From: Candidatus Eremiobacteria bacterium
GTDB taxonomy: Bacteria > Vulcanimicrobiota > Vulcanimicrobiia > Vulcanimicrobiales > Vulcanimicrobiaceae
Direction of reading: 5' to 3'
Assembly: GCA_963808755.1 (NCBI GenBank)
Contig: CAWEGP010000002.1
Location: 379,245 to 443,244 of the forward strand
Length of the DNA: 64,000 nucleotides
The notes beneath the pieces are model-generated. The model had not been told where the DNA came from and ran no database searches. It saw only the letters and a program-made list of their open reading frames with translations. Positions within the stretch are counted from its first letter, which is position 1, and every line of letters starts with the position of its first letter. The translations under genes were made by a program, and so were the position numbers. Of this stretch, positions 38,134-47,564 are shown piece after piece.

Positions 38134-39474
38134 ATGAAAGGTGTTGCCGCCGTTTTTGTACGGCTCTTCGAATATGCGATGCCGGATCCGTACGTCTTCG
38201 CGGTACTGTTGACGCTCGTCACAGCGTTGCTGGCATTGCTCTATGCGCCGCATCACGGCGCTGCCGATATCCTTTCGGCGTGGTACAAGGGCATCTTCGA
38301 TATCTTCGCATTCGCGCTCGAAATGATCCTCATTCTCGTAACGGGATATGCGCTTGCGAGCAGTCCTCCGATTCAGCACACGCTGAAACGCGTTGCCGCG
38401 CTTCCGCGTACATCGCGATCGGCAGTCGTGCTCACGTTTCTCGTTTCGGCGTTCGCCTGCTGGTTGAACTGGGGATTTGGATTGGTTGTGGCGGGTCTTT
38501 TGGCGAGGGAGATCGCCCGCCGGATGCGTGTAGATTTCGGCTGGCTGGTGGCCGCGTCGTACAGCGGATTCTTGATTTGGGCGAGCGGGCTTTCGAGTTC
38601 GATTGCACTGGCTCAAGCGACACCCGGCAGCAAATTGAATATCGTTCAAAACCTCACGGGCGTGGTTTTGCCGCTGTCACAAACGATCTTCACGCGATTC
38701 AATCTCGTGCCGGTAGTAGTACTGCTCGTCATCGTGCCAATCATATTCGTAGCACTCGAGCCGCGCGATGAGGATGTCGTCAGCGGTAATGTCGCGGCGT
38801 TTGACGCGGAGCAGCAACAACCGCAGAAAGAACCCGTCCGCAATCTTGCGTCGGCGCTGGACAATTCTTGGATTCTGAATATCGTTGTGGCCGCCGGCGG
38901 GATCTTCTATCTGCTGTCGACCTGGCTGAAGAGCGGATTCACGCTCGACATCAACAGCGTTATCTTCATCTTCTTCATTCTCGGACTCGTGCTGCATTGG
39001 ACGCCGCTTAACTATGTCCGCGCAGTGGACGGCGCTGCCCGCATTACCGGTCCTCTGTTGATTCAGTATCCACTGTACGGCGGCATCATGGGTATGATGA
39101 CGGCGACCGGCCTCGCGGGTGTGATCGCGCAGTGGTTTTTGACGTTTTCCACGGCGGCAACCTTACCGTTTTGGAATTACGTTTCGAGCATTGTCATTTC
39201 GCTCTTCGTTCCAAGCGGCGGCGGACATTGGGCGGTGCAGGGACCATTCGCCGTTCCGGCTGCCGCGAAACTCGGCGCCTCGCAAGGCGCCACGGCGATG
39301 GCCGTAGCGATCGGTGAGGAGGTCGCTAATATGATTCAGCCATTTTGGTGCCTACCGGTGCTCGCCATTGCGGGTGTGGGACTACGGCGCGTGATGGCTT
39401 TTACCGCGATCGTTTTTTTCGTAGCGCTCGTCATTTTCGGGGCGAGTTTACTGCTTCTCGTGCCACGGCCGTGA
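38134..39474 (+). CDS. atoE: Short-chain fatty acid transporter AtoE-like (TIGR00366 family) membrane protein (ATG 38134; ORF begins GTG 38116)
   Basis: 'MPDPYVFAVLLTL...ALEMILILVTGYALASSPPIQ...ACWLNWGFGLVVAGLLAREIARRM' closely matches the AtoE N-terminal region. Confidence 0.6.
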   Translation: MKGVAAVFVRLFEYAMPDPYVFAVLLTLVTALLALLYAPHHGAADILSAWYKGIFDIFAFALEMILILVTGYALASSPPIQHTLKRVAALPRTSRSAVVLTFLVSAFACWLNWGFGLVVAGLLAREIARRMRVDFGWLVAASYSGFLIWASGLSSSIALAQATPGSKLNIVQNLTGVVLPLSQTIFTRFNLVPVVVLLVIVPIIFVALEPRDEDVVSGNVAAFDAEQQQPQKEPVRNLASALDNSWILNIVVAAGGIFYLLSTWLKSGFTLDINSVIFIFFILGLVLHWTPLNYVRAVDGAARITGPLLIQYPLYGGIMGMMTATGLAGVIAQWFLTFSTAATLPFWNYVSSIVISLFVPSGGGHWAVQGPFAVPAAAKLGASQGATAMAVAIGEEVANMIQPFWCLPVLAIAGVGLRRVMAFTAIVFFVALVIFGASLLLLVPRP

Positions 39475-39576
39475 CGACTTGTGCGCTCGATAAATCTTTG
39501 ACGATTCTTTCATGGACTCACGTCGCCGTGGCTATAGGCTAGGTAGGCAGCTACAGTCGGAGAGGATGTTCTTGTC

Positions 39577-40872
39577 GTGCGTTTTTTGATCTGCGCTCTC
39601 GTAGCGCTTGCTTTAGTAACGGTCAGTTCGTTTGCTGCCGGTACGCACGCGGATCAGCCTCGGCCGGCGGCAATACAGTTGCAAGACCTGACGGCGCGCG
39701 CGCATGGAGCGAGAGTGCGTGGGGATTGGGGTACCTTTCGCGCTACCGCACAAGAGATCGTTGGCCTTTTGAACGGCTCACCGGATGCGCTCCTCGATCT
39801 TGCGCGCGGAAAGGCCCACACGGGCGACGAGCGGGGCGCGCTTGCGGACTTGCAGACGATCGCGGCCATGGGGCAGTCACGGCCGATCATTGAGCAACTA
39901 CCGGATTTCGCGTCGATTCGCGGTGATCGCGATTTCAAGATCGTTCTGCAACGCATGACGGCGAATGCAACGGCGCTGTCTTTCGGAAAGCCGGCGTTCA
40001 CGATCGCGGACCGGCGATTGCTTCCCGAAGATATCGACTATGATGCCGCGACCGCTCAATTTTTCTTAACGAGCGTGCTGGAGAAAAAGATCGCGATCGT
40101 CGACCGTAACGGACGCTTAAGAGACTTTGCGAAGAGCCCGAGCGATTGGCCGATGCTTGCGCTCAAAGTTGACGCGAAACGACGTATCGTCTGGGCGACG
40201 GAAGTTGCGCTCGATGGGTTCAGCAGCGTCAATAAGCGCGATTGGGGACGTTCCGCGGTCCTGGCATACGACGCCGATAGCGGAAAGCTTCTGCGCCGCA
40301 TCGAGGGACCGCGGCCGAGCGCTCTTGGCGACATGGCGTTGGATTCATACGGCAACGTTCTGGTTTCGGACGGCAACGGCGGCGGCGTCTATAGCGCTGG
40401 AATCAGCGGTCCGTTTAAGCGCGTCGATGCCGGCGACTTCATCTCGCCGCAGACGCCGGCGTTCATCCCCGGGACCAGCAACGTCTTTGTCCCGGACTAC
40501 GTGCGAGGCCTTGGGATACTGAATATTCGCACGAGACACGTTCGATGGATTCCGATGGAGAACAGGTACGCTCTCGAAGGGATCGATGGACTCTATTTCG
40601 TCGATAACACGCTCATCGCCGTGGAAAACGGAACGTCTCCGGAGCGCGTGATCCGCTTTCAGCTCGATTCTGCCCGTACGCACGTCACATCGGCGCGAGA
40701 CATCGAGCGTGCGACGCCGAATATCGACCCGACACACGGCGTCGTTGTCGGCAGCGAATTCTACTACATCTCCAACGCCGGCTGGGACGCGCTTGGCGAC
40801 AACGGTGCCGTAAAACGCGGCTTAGCGTTATCCTTTCCGCGAATCATGCGCGCCCCGTTGAGCGATCCATAG
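39577..40872 (+). CDS. Secreted hypothetical protein with TPR-like N-region and beta-propeller-like (SMP-30/gluconolactonase/LRE- or NHL-like) C-region; GTG start
   Basis: Signal peptide 'MRFLICALVALALVTVSSFAAG'. Repeated 'DxxGNVLVSD / GIDGLYFVD' blade-like units. Confidence 0.3.
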   Translation: MRFLICALVALALVTVSSFAAGTHADQPRPAAIQLQDLTARAHGARVRGDWGTFRATAQEIVGLLNGSPDALLDLARGKAHTGDERGALADLQTIAAMGQSRPIIEQLPDFASIRGDRDFKIVLQRMTANATALSFGKPAFTIADRRLLPEDIDYDAATAQFFLTSVLEKKIAIVDRNGRLRDFAKSPSDWPMLALKVDAKRRIVWATEVALDGFSSVNKRDWGRSAVLAYDADSGKLLRRIEGPRPSALGDMALDSYGNVLVSDGNGGGVYSAGISGPFKRVDAGDFISPQTPAFIPGTSNVFVPDYVRGLGILNIRTRHVRWIPMENRYALEGIDGLYFVDNTLIAVENGTSPERVIRFQLDSARTHVTSARDIERATPNIDPTHGVVVGSEFYYISNAGWDALGDNGAVKRGLALSFPRIMRAPLSDP

Positions 40873-40933
40873 GGATTCGCTTCGAAAAGACCAATCCGCA
40901 AAACAAGCTGCGATTACGTAAGGAGGCGCGAGT

Positions 40934-42196
40934 TTGATCATGCGGCAACGGTTCTCAGAGATCCGTACGGGGTTCGAGCGCCCGTTCTGGGTGGCGAATA
41001 TCAGCGAAATCTTCGAACGGCTTTCGTATTACGCAGTCTTCTCGACCCTGGCGCTGTATCTGAATCAGACCCTCGGCTTCCCCAGTTCGCAGGCCGCAAG
41101 CCTCAGCGGGATTTTCGGCGGAGCGGTCTGGGTGATGGCGATTTTCGGTGGAGCGTTAGCCGATCGTATCGGTTTCCGGCGTGCGCTGTCATCGGCTTAC
41201 CTCATCTTGACCTGCGCGTACTTCTTGATCGGCTCCATAGGTGCGCCTTGGCTCTCGCCGGTGCGCGCCGTGGTCCCATTGCCGCTGCTCGCCGGCATCA
41301 TTCTCTTCTTACCGGCACTGGGCGTCGCATTGGTGAAGCCTTCGGTCGTCGGCACGACGGCTCGAGCCTCCAACGAGAGCCTCCGTTCTATCGGCTATTC
41401 GATCTACTACACGATGGTCAACATCGGCAGCACCTTCGGTCCTTTTTTGGCCGGATGGCTGCACTCGCGCTTGCCGCCGCAAGATGTGTTCTTGATCGCC
41501 GCGGTCAGCGTGTTACTGATGTTCGTCGTCGTGCTCGTATTCTTTCGTGAGCCCCGCACGGACGTCGGATCATCGTCGCGATCTCTGGCGCAGACGTCTC
41601 GCGATTTTATGACGGTCGTCGGCAACGGCCGGTTCGTGCTGTTCCTGCTGATCTTTTCCGGATACTGGATCGTGTATTGGCAGCAATACCTTATTCTGCC
41701 CATCTACATCAACGACTACGTCGACAAGAACGCCAATACGGCAATGATTCTTATCACCGACCCACTGATCGTCATCACGTTGACCGTGGCCATCAACTCG
41801 TTGACGCGTTCGATACGGCCTTTTCATGCGTTGATACTGGGCAGCTTCATCACCTCTGTTGCGTGGTTAGTCATTCCGGCGCACCCAAGCGTGGTGATGG
41901 CTGTGCTGAGTCTTGTAATCGTTGCGCTCGGTGAAATCATCCAATCACCGCGCTACTACGAATATATCTCGCGTCTCGCACCGGCGGGACAGCAGGGAAC
42001 GTACATGGGGTTCGCATTCTTGCCGATCGGTATCGGTTCAATCGTCGGCGGCTGGCTCGGCGGTACACTGCTTTCACATTTTGGCGAGGCATTGCACCAA
42101 CCGGCGATGATCTGGGTGATACTCACCGGCATCGGTTTGCTCACCACCCTCCTGCTGTGGGTGTACGACCGATACGCGCTGCTTTCGCGAGCATAG
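40934..42196 (+). CDS. MFS transporter of the POT/PTR2 (proton-dependent oligopeptide transporter) type; TTG 40934 or ATG 40940
   Basis: 'FWVANISEIFERLSYYAVFSTLALYL' matches the PTR2 signature (ExxERFxYYG). About 12 TM segments. AGGAGG SD. Confidence 0.55.
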   Translation: MIMRQRFSEIRTGFERPFWVANISEIFERLSYYAVFSTLALYLNQTLGFPSSQAASLSGIFGGAVWVMAIFGGALADRIGFRRALSSAYLILTCAYFLIGSIGAPWLSPVRAVVPLPLLAGIILFLPALGVALVKPSVVGTTARASNESLRSIGYSIYYTMVNIGSTFGPFLAGWLHSRLPPQDVFLIAAVSVLLMFVVVLVFFREPRTDVGSSSRSLAQTSRDFMTVVGNGRFVLFLLIFSGYWIVYWQQYLILPIYINDYVDKNANTAMILITDPLIVITLTVAINSLTRSIRPFHALILGSFITSVAWLVIPAHPSVVMAVLSLVIVALGEIIQSPRYYEYISRLAPAGQQGTYMGFAFLPIGIGSIVGGWLGGTLLSHFGEALHQPAMIWVILTGIGLLTTLLLWVYDRYALLSRA

Positions 42197-42221
42197 TACG
42201 AGCCGCAAAATATCGTTCGTA

Positions 42222-43139
42222 CTACAGTGTGAGTTCCCAGTCTTGTCCGATCAGATCCTTTCCAAACTTGTCGTGGCGCTCTTCCTTGACAAGCTGAAAT
42301 CCCGCCCCCTCATACAAGTGCCGAGCAGCGCGCAATACGTCGTTCGTCCACAACGTTATCTTGCGGTAGCCGCACTTACGGGCGAATTCAACGCATTCGC
42401 GAATTAAGCGCCGACCAATGCCCAAGCCACGTGCGCTCGGTTCGACAAGCAGTAGTCGCAATTGCGCAACCGTCTCGCTCTTCTTCACCAGAAATACGCA
42501 GCCCAATTTCTCGCCGTCGCGCTCGGCGATCCAACAACGCTCGCGGTTCGAATCGAATTTCTCGACAAAGGCAGCGGCTATCTCGGCGGTGAGAGCTTCG
42601 CACCGTTCGTCCCAGCCGTACTCCCGCGCGTACAGGACACCATGTCGACTGATGACCCAACCGATGTCTCCGGGACGAAGGGTCGACCGCAAAACGTAGT
42701 TTGGCTCGTCAGTGCTCCGATCGCCAAGAATACCTTGAATCGCGCTCATCGCACTGCAGAGACTCTCTTGCTCGACATCGGAGAGGTTGCTCAACATAGC
42801 GGCGACTTCTTCATGTTGCCGCCGATCGAGCGACGCAAAGGCGTCCTTTCCCTTCGCCGTCAAGGACAGATGGCTTTGGCGCGCATCGGCCGTCGACGTC
42901 TTGCGTCGAATCAATCCGCGCTGAACGAAGCCTTGGAGCATGCGGCTGAGATAGCCACCGTCGAGCGCGAGCGCTTTGGCGAGCTCGGTGGCTGTGATAT
43001 TCTCCGTCTGCCGCAGTTCAAAAAGAACGCGTCCCTCGACCAGCGAGAATGGGCTCTCGAGAAACTTCTTCTGCAGCACGCCTGCGTGCCGCGTGTAAAA
43101 CCGATTGAATTTGCGGACACATTCTACGCGCATGCTCAT
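42222..43139 (-). CDS. MarR-family HTH regulator fused to a GNAT N-acetyltransferase domain
   Basis: N-terminal 'LVEGRVLFELRQTENITATELAKALALDGGYLSRMLQGFVQRGLIRR' is a MarR winged HTH. C-terminal 'LLLVEPSARGLGIGRRLIRECVEFARKCGYRKITLWT' is GNAT motif A. Confidence 0.65.
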   Translation of the reverse strand: MSMRVECVRKFNRFYTRHAGVLQKKFLESPFSLVEGRVLFELRQTENITATELAKALALDGGYLSRMLQGFVQRGLIRRKTSTADARQSHLSLTAKGKDAFASLDRRQHEEVAAMLSNLSDVEQESLCSAMSAIQGILGDRSTDEPNYVLRSTLRPGDIGWVISRHGVLYAREYGWDERCEALTAEIAAAFVEKFDSNRERCWIAERDGEKLGCVFLVKKSETVAQLRLLLVEPSARGLGIGRRLIRECVEFARKCGYRKITLWTNDVLRAARHLYEGAGFQLVKEERHDKFGKDLIGQDWELTL

Positions 43140-43192
43140 AACTAGTTGATATTGTCAACTATCTACTTGCCGATGTCAACCTTCTGGCGAGC

Positions 43193-43381
43193 TCACCAGA
43201 GCTGGCCCTCAGCAAGAACCATGTACAGAATCGGGCCTATGCCCCACAAGATGCACACGACTGCCCAGAGGATCTTCTTCGTTCCATCCATGTCCGCGCG
43301 TGCGGCGATATGGATCCATGCCAAAACGACGGCAATCGGATGCAAGAAGACCGCGAGCAGAATCTCGAGCAGCAGTTTCAT
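43193..43381 (-). CDS. Small membrane protein of the PLDc_N (cardiolipin-synthase N-terminal-like) type, translationally coupled (ATGA) to the upstream GntR gene
   Basis: 'MKLLLEILLAVFLHPIAVVLAWIHIAARADMDGTKKILWAVVCILWGIGPILYMVL' is the PLDc_N two-helix pattern. Confidence 0.45.
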   Translation of the reverse strand: MKLLLEILLAVFLHPIAVVLAWIHIAARADMDGTKKILWAVVCILWGIGPILYMVLAEGQLW

Positions 43382-44022
43382 GCCGTGGCATTCGCTCGGC
43401 TCAAGTGAGATACCAGCATGGCGCCCGGCACGATGATGTGGTCGGTAAGCAGCGTACAAGCGTCGTTGACTCTTCCGCTCTCGATTAACTTCAGGAGCCG
43501 GCGATGCTCTCGCTGCGAAGCAGTGAAGTTTCCAACGACGGCGGCCTCATGATGAAGATACCGTTCGACATTACGCTGCAACGATAGAATCGTGGCCAAC
43601 AACCGAGGCCGATGCGCTGGTTCAAAGATGATCCGGTGGAACTCGGTGTTGAGTTCTCCCCAGCGCGATGGGTTGCGATCGATTTTATCCAATACGCGCG
43701 CGGCCTTACGCAGGTCGGCTTGTGAGGTTCTCGGGATAGCAAGACGCAATGCACAACATTCCAATGCGACCCGCATCTCGTTCAGCTCTTGGAGTTCATC
43801 GCCGGAGAGCGCCGCTACGAACGCCCCGCGGCGAGGGCGAATTTCAACGAGGCCCTCTGCTTCAAGACGGCGCAACGCCTCGCGCACGGGGATGTGGCTA
43901 ACGCCCAGAGCGCTGGCCAGTTCATCTTGACGCAGCGGCGCACCCGGCGCGAATCGCCCAGCCACGATATCGCTTCGGAGTTGAGCAAGAATATCGTCGG
44001 GAGTGGACAGAGCAGACTTCAT
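43378..44022 (-). CDS. GntR-family (FadR/FCD subfamily) transcriptional regulator
   Basis: 'RQDELASALGVSHIPVREALRRLEAEGLVEIRPRRGAFV' is a GntR HTH, plus a helical FCD C-domain. Confidence 0.75.
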   Translation of the reverse strand: MKSALSTPDDILAQLRSDIVAGRFAPGAPLRQDELASALGVSHIPVREALRRLEAEGLVEIRPRRGAFVAALSGDELQELNEMRVALECCALRLAIPRTSQADLRKAARVLDKIDRNPSRWGELNTEFHRIIFEPAHRPRLLATILSLQRNVERYLHHEAAVVGNFTASQREHRRLLKLIESGRVNDACTLLTDHIIVPGAMLVSHLSRANATA

Positions 44023-44025
44023 GTG

Positions 44026-44050
44026 TTTAATATATTATATATAATTTTGA
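44026..44050. promoter_or_regulatory. AT-rich near-palindromic tract (TTAATATATTATATATAATTTT) in the divergent GntR / M41-like intergenic region; likely overlapping -10 elements/operator
   Basis: Read directly. Only 46 nt separate the divergent start codons. Confidence 0.35.
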
Positions 44051-44068
44051 AAGGCTAGACGTCATACA

Positions 44069-44515
44069 ATGGAATCCAACCCCAAGCGGCTCGCGCCAGC
44101 TACCTATCACAATGCCGGTCACGCTGTTGCGACGGCTCTCATCGAGGCCTCGGTCTCAAGCACCAAATGTGAGGATCCGTCTCATGATGAACGGTGGAAT
44201 GCGGAATACGAAGCCATGACTGCGCTCGGCGGCGTTGTCGCAGAGCGGTTGTTCTTAGGAGTCGTGGAACCCGCCGGCGCCAAGAACGATATTGAAAACG
44301 CTTTCCGCCACATCTCTGTTCTGACGTCCATCCCCGGCGAACAAGCGGCGTACGTCACACTGATGAATACCCGCGTTGAAACGCTGCTCGGCGCGCATCG
44401 CGAATTCATCCAACACGTTGCGGAGACCATCGAACGAACTGACCGGCCCGCAAACGAGATCGCCAGGAGCGATGTGAATACGTTCGTTCGTAGGTCCGTT
44501 GCGTTGATGCAATAA
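44069..44515 (+). CDS. Standalone FtsH-like peptidase-M41 domain protein with HNxxH in place of HExxH (predicted catalytically inactive pseudoprotease)
   Basis: 'YHNAGHAVATALIE' aligns with FtsH 'YHEAGHALV'. 'GAKNDIENAF' aligns with FtsH 'GASNDIERAT'. No AAA+ module, 148 aa. Confidence 0.5.
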   Translation: MESNPKRLAPATYHNAGHAVATALIEASVSSTKCEDPSHDERWNAEYEAMTALGGVVAERLFLGVVEPAGAKNDIENAFRHISVLTSIPGEQAAYVTLMNTRVETLLGAHREFIQHVAETIERTDRPANEIARSDVNTFVRRSVALMQ

Positions 44516-44521
44516 GAGTGC

Positions 44522-44560
44522 GAAGCACCCGAGGCGCGAACGCGCTTCGGGTGCTTTCGA
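44522..44560. terminator. Bidirectional intrinsic terminator between the M41-like (+) and TBDR-like (-) genes
   Basis: GAAGCACCCGAGGCGCG aa CGCGCTTCGGGTGCTTTC, a stem of about 16 bp with one mismatch. Confidence 0.5.
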
Positions 44561-44576
44561 CGGTTGTCGGTACGAG

Positions 44577-47348
44577 CTAGCCGTGGAACGTTACGGTGAG
44601 CCACGCTTGGCGCGACGGCAATCCATAGAGTTCTGCGCCAGTCCCCTGGTCGATCGCGCTCGTTGCATTCCCGAATTGATTTTGCGGTTGGTAGATGCCG
44701 AGGCCGATGAGACCGTACTGCTGGTACGCACTGTTGAACAGGTTCGTCACCCCAAAGTTCAACGTTACCGGACCACTCGTCTGGGATACCGACGCGTCCG
44801 CGTACCAGAACGGCGGGCGTTTGAACGAGTTCCCCGGGCCGATGTACGTGCCGTCCATCTCGGCACGGAAGCCCGAGGGATTTGCGTAGACGAGGCTCGA
44901 GAACGCTTTGCGTAGCGGCGTCGTGTTGAACTGCGCGTCGTTGATCAACGAAACGTTGTTCTGCAGGATGTTTAGCGGGATACCATTGTACGCTGCCGAC
45001 TGGATGCCGTACTGGCCTTCAAACGTAACGTTGCGGACCAGTCCGACTTGCGCATCGAAATTTATGCCGCGGTACGTTGCACGACCCGCGTTGGCAAAAG
45101 TGCTCCATCCGAGTGCTGCCGGCGTTGCAGTAAATCCACACGACCCGCTGATGCGATCGAGGAAGGCCTGCTGCAGCGTTTCCTGGCCCGCGCCCGAAGC
45201 ATTTGAGACCAGTTTCTGCAGAACCGACGCATATTGCGGGAACGCGGAAAGCGGAAGGTTTCCATTGAGAATCGCGTTCTGCTCGACGGAATTGTACGCG
45301 TCGACTTGCAACACCGTGCGCCGGTTCAGGCGATGTCCCAGCGCCAGCTCCTCGTCCCTCGCCGTTTCGGGCTTCAGACCGGCGTTGCTGACTGTTCCTA
45401 CGGAATTCAACGTCCCGGTTTGACAGGTCGGATTGAGACTGAGGGGCGCACCGGTTTGCGGAATCGTCGAGCTGACGAGTGCCGGATCCGGTTCACTGTA
45501 TGAACGCCCTCCCGTCAAACGAACGACGTCGCTCGACGTGGGACGGTAGACGAACGATATGCGCGGGTCGAAGTTTGTGCTCTGCGTGGTCAACGAGCGT
45601 TGTAACCACAGATCAGAGAAGGTGCTGAACTTCAACGATGGCTGCCACGTGTCGCGAACGAAGTAGCTGGTCGACGTCAAAAAATATGTACCATTGAGTG
45701 TCACACTGTCGGGATTTGTAAACGAGGTGATCCCGGCATGCCGCTGATGTTGCGTGTAGTAGCCGAATGAGATGTCATGACGCCCGGTTTGAAATTCGTC
45801 GGACGCAAGGAAGCCGTGCGTCAAGTACGTGTCGAAAAAGAAGGGACCGGTCAAGCTCTTGTGTTCGTCCGACGTATCGTTGTTGATGAATCCGTCGACG
45901 ACGATCTGGGTTTTGCCGAGCTGTTGGGTGACGCGGCCATGGTAGTCTTGCATATGGCTCGCGTTCCAGCGATTCGGACCACCGCCGGCTGGGCCATAGA
46001 AAGCTTGCGCGTATTGCTGCGCGGTCAAGCATCCGTAGCCCGCCGATGAGTTGTTCAACACAGCGATCGTCGTGTTCGAGCAGGTCGTCGGCGTGCCGTT
46101 CAGGACGAAATTAGTGCCGGTCGAGCTTCCCGCTCCACCGCTGACAAGGCCGTTCGCGTTCTGCAGCACGTAAGGATATGAGTTGTAGTCTTGATCGCCG
46201 TTACCGGTCTTGTCGTTCCACGTCGTCATGTTGTATACGCTTGCCAGCATCTGTGTTTTCGAAGAGGGCGCATACGTCAACTTTGCGAGGCCGTTGCGCT
46301 GCGTGTAATCACCAGTGACGACGTAGGTGTTTGCGGCCAAGTTCGCGGATGTGAGATCGGGCGGCGTAACCGGATTTCCGGAGAAATCGGTGCAGGTGCT
46401 GCAAACGGCGCTCGCGCCAAGGTTGCCCGTCTGCGTAATAGCAGCGGGAGCAAAGGTACCATAGGTGCCTTGCGTTGCACCGGCGAGCGCGTAACCGAAC
46501 TTGCCCATCGTGCCGGTAGCCGTGAAACCGCTTAGGTTATGGCCATTATTACCAACGCCTTGTGTAAATGAACTCTCGCGAGTTTGCGTCGGATTCAGCG
46601 TCTCGAAGTTTACGGCACCGGCGATCGTCGAAACGCCATACAAACCGGCTGCGCCGGATCCGAAGATCACGCTGGTTCCGCTGAGGCCCCAAAACGGCGA
46701 TATTTTGTAATTGTATCCACCCCCGAACGCGCCGATCGGTCCAATCGGATGTCCGTCGAGAAGCGTCGCCGTTTCGGTCGCGTCGAATCCGCGGATGCTG
46801 ATCGACATATCGTCGCCAACCGATGGGCTCGTGGCCGAATTTACTCCGGGCAGGCGCGCGAGCAAATCCCCGACGCGCGCGTAGGAGTAATTTTGCACCT
46901 GCGACGGATCGACGTATTCGTTGATCGTCGTCGTCGTTTGCAGCGAGGAACGCGCTGCGACCGCCACCCGGCCAATCTCTTTGAGGTTCGACGATCCGCC
47001 TCGCGTTGCTTGAACGGCGGTCTGAGTCTGAACCGTGTTACCGTTCGTCAGAACGACGGTCGGCACGCTCGTCGAGACATAACCGCGCGCAACGATGAGC
47101 AGAGAATACTCGCCCTGCGGCTCGTTGGAAAAGGTGTACACGCCGTTCGCATCTGTTGAGGCGACAGCGATTTTTTGACTGCCCGCATCGAGCTCAACGG
47201 TTGCGCCGGGAACGGGTAACCCGCCCGAGGCATCGAGGATACGACCGTTAAGGCCGGCGGTGGCACTCTGTGCCTGAACCGCGAGCGGCGCGCTAAAAAG
47301 CGCTGCCGCGAAGACCGCTGCAAGTGTCCGAGAGTTCATACATTTCAT
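44577..47348 (-). CDS. Outer-membrane TonB-dependent-receptor-like protein with N-terminal carboxypeptidase-regulatory-like domain and plug-like region (923 aa)
   Basis: Signal peptide. 'GRILDASGGLPVPGATVELD...TDANGVYTF' is a CarbopepD_reg fold. 'ISIRGFDATETATLLDGHPI' is plug-like. Long beta-barrel-like remainder. Confidence 0.6.
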   Translation of the reverse strand: MKCMNSRTLAAVFAAALFSAPLAVQAQSATAGLNGRILDASGGLPVPGATVELDAGSQKIAVASTDANGVYTFSNEPQGEYSLLIVARGYVSTSVPTVVLTNGNTVQTQTAVQATRGGSSNLKEIGRVAVAARSSLQTTTTINEYVDPSQVQNYSYARVGDLLARLPGVNSATSPSVGDDMSISIRGFDATETATLLDGHPIGPIGAFGGGYNYKISPFWGLSGTSVIFGSGAAGLYGVSTIAGAVNFETLNPTQTRESSFTQGVGNNGHNLSGFTATGTMGKFGYALAGATQGTYGTFAPAAITQTGNLGASAVCSTCTDFSGNPVTPPDLTSANLAANTYVVTGDYTQRNGLAKLTYAPSSKTQMLASVYNMTTWNDKTGNGDQDYNSYPYVLQNANGLVSGGAGSSTGTNFVLNGTPTTCSNTTIAVLNNSSAGYGCLTAQQYAQAFYGPAGGGPNRWNASHMQDYHGRVTQQLGKTQIVVDGFINNDTSDEHKSLTGPFFFDTYLTHGFLASDEFQTGRHDISFGYYTQHQRHAGITSFTNPDSVTLNGTYFLTSTSYFVRDTWQPSLKFSTFSDLWLQRSLTTQSTNFDPRISFVYRPTSSDVVRLTGGRSYSEPDPALVSSTIPQTGAPLSLNPTCQTGTLNSVGTVSNAGLKPETARDEELALGHRLNRRTVLQVDAYNSVEQNAILNGNLPLSAFPQYASVLQKLVSNASGAGQETLQQAFLDRISGSCGFTATPAALGWSTFANAGRATYRGINFDAQVGLVRNVTFEGQYGIQSAAYNGIPLNILQNNVSLINDAQFNTTPLRKAFSSLVYANPSGFRAEMDGTYIGPGNSFKRPPFWYADASVSQTSGPVTLNFGVTNLFNSAYQQYGLIGLGIYQPQNQFGNATSAIDQGTGAELYGLPSRQAWLTVTFHG

Positions 47349-47564
47349 TGCACTCGATCGGACTTATCGTTGCTTTATGCGGAGCTTAAGGTTTTCTAAT
47401 CGCGCTCGTCCGACCCGTCGTCGGCTCATCTTCTAGGCCGCTGCTCATCGCGGCGATCGATAGGTTCGATGGAATTCTGGAGCCATTACGGGGTACGACT
47501 TTTGCGGGCAGGCCCATGTGAGCGCAACCCGGTAGATACTTAGCAGGTTAACAACACAGATACC

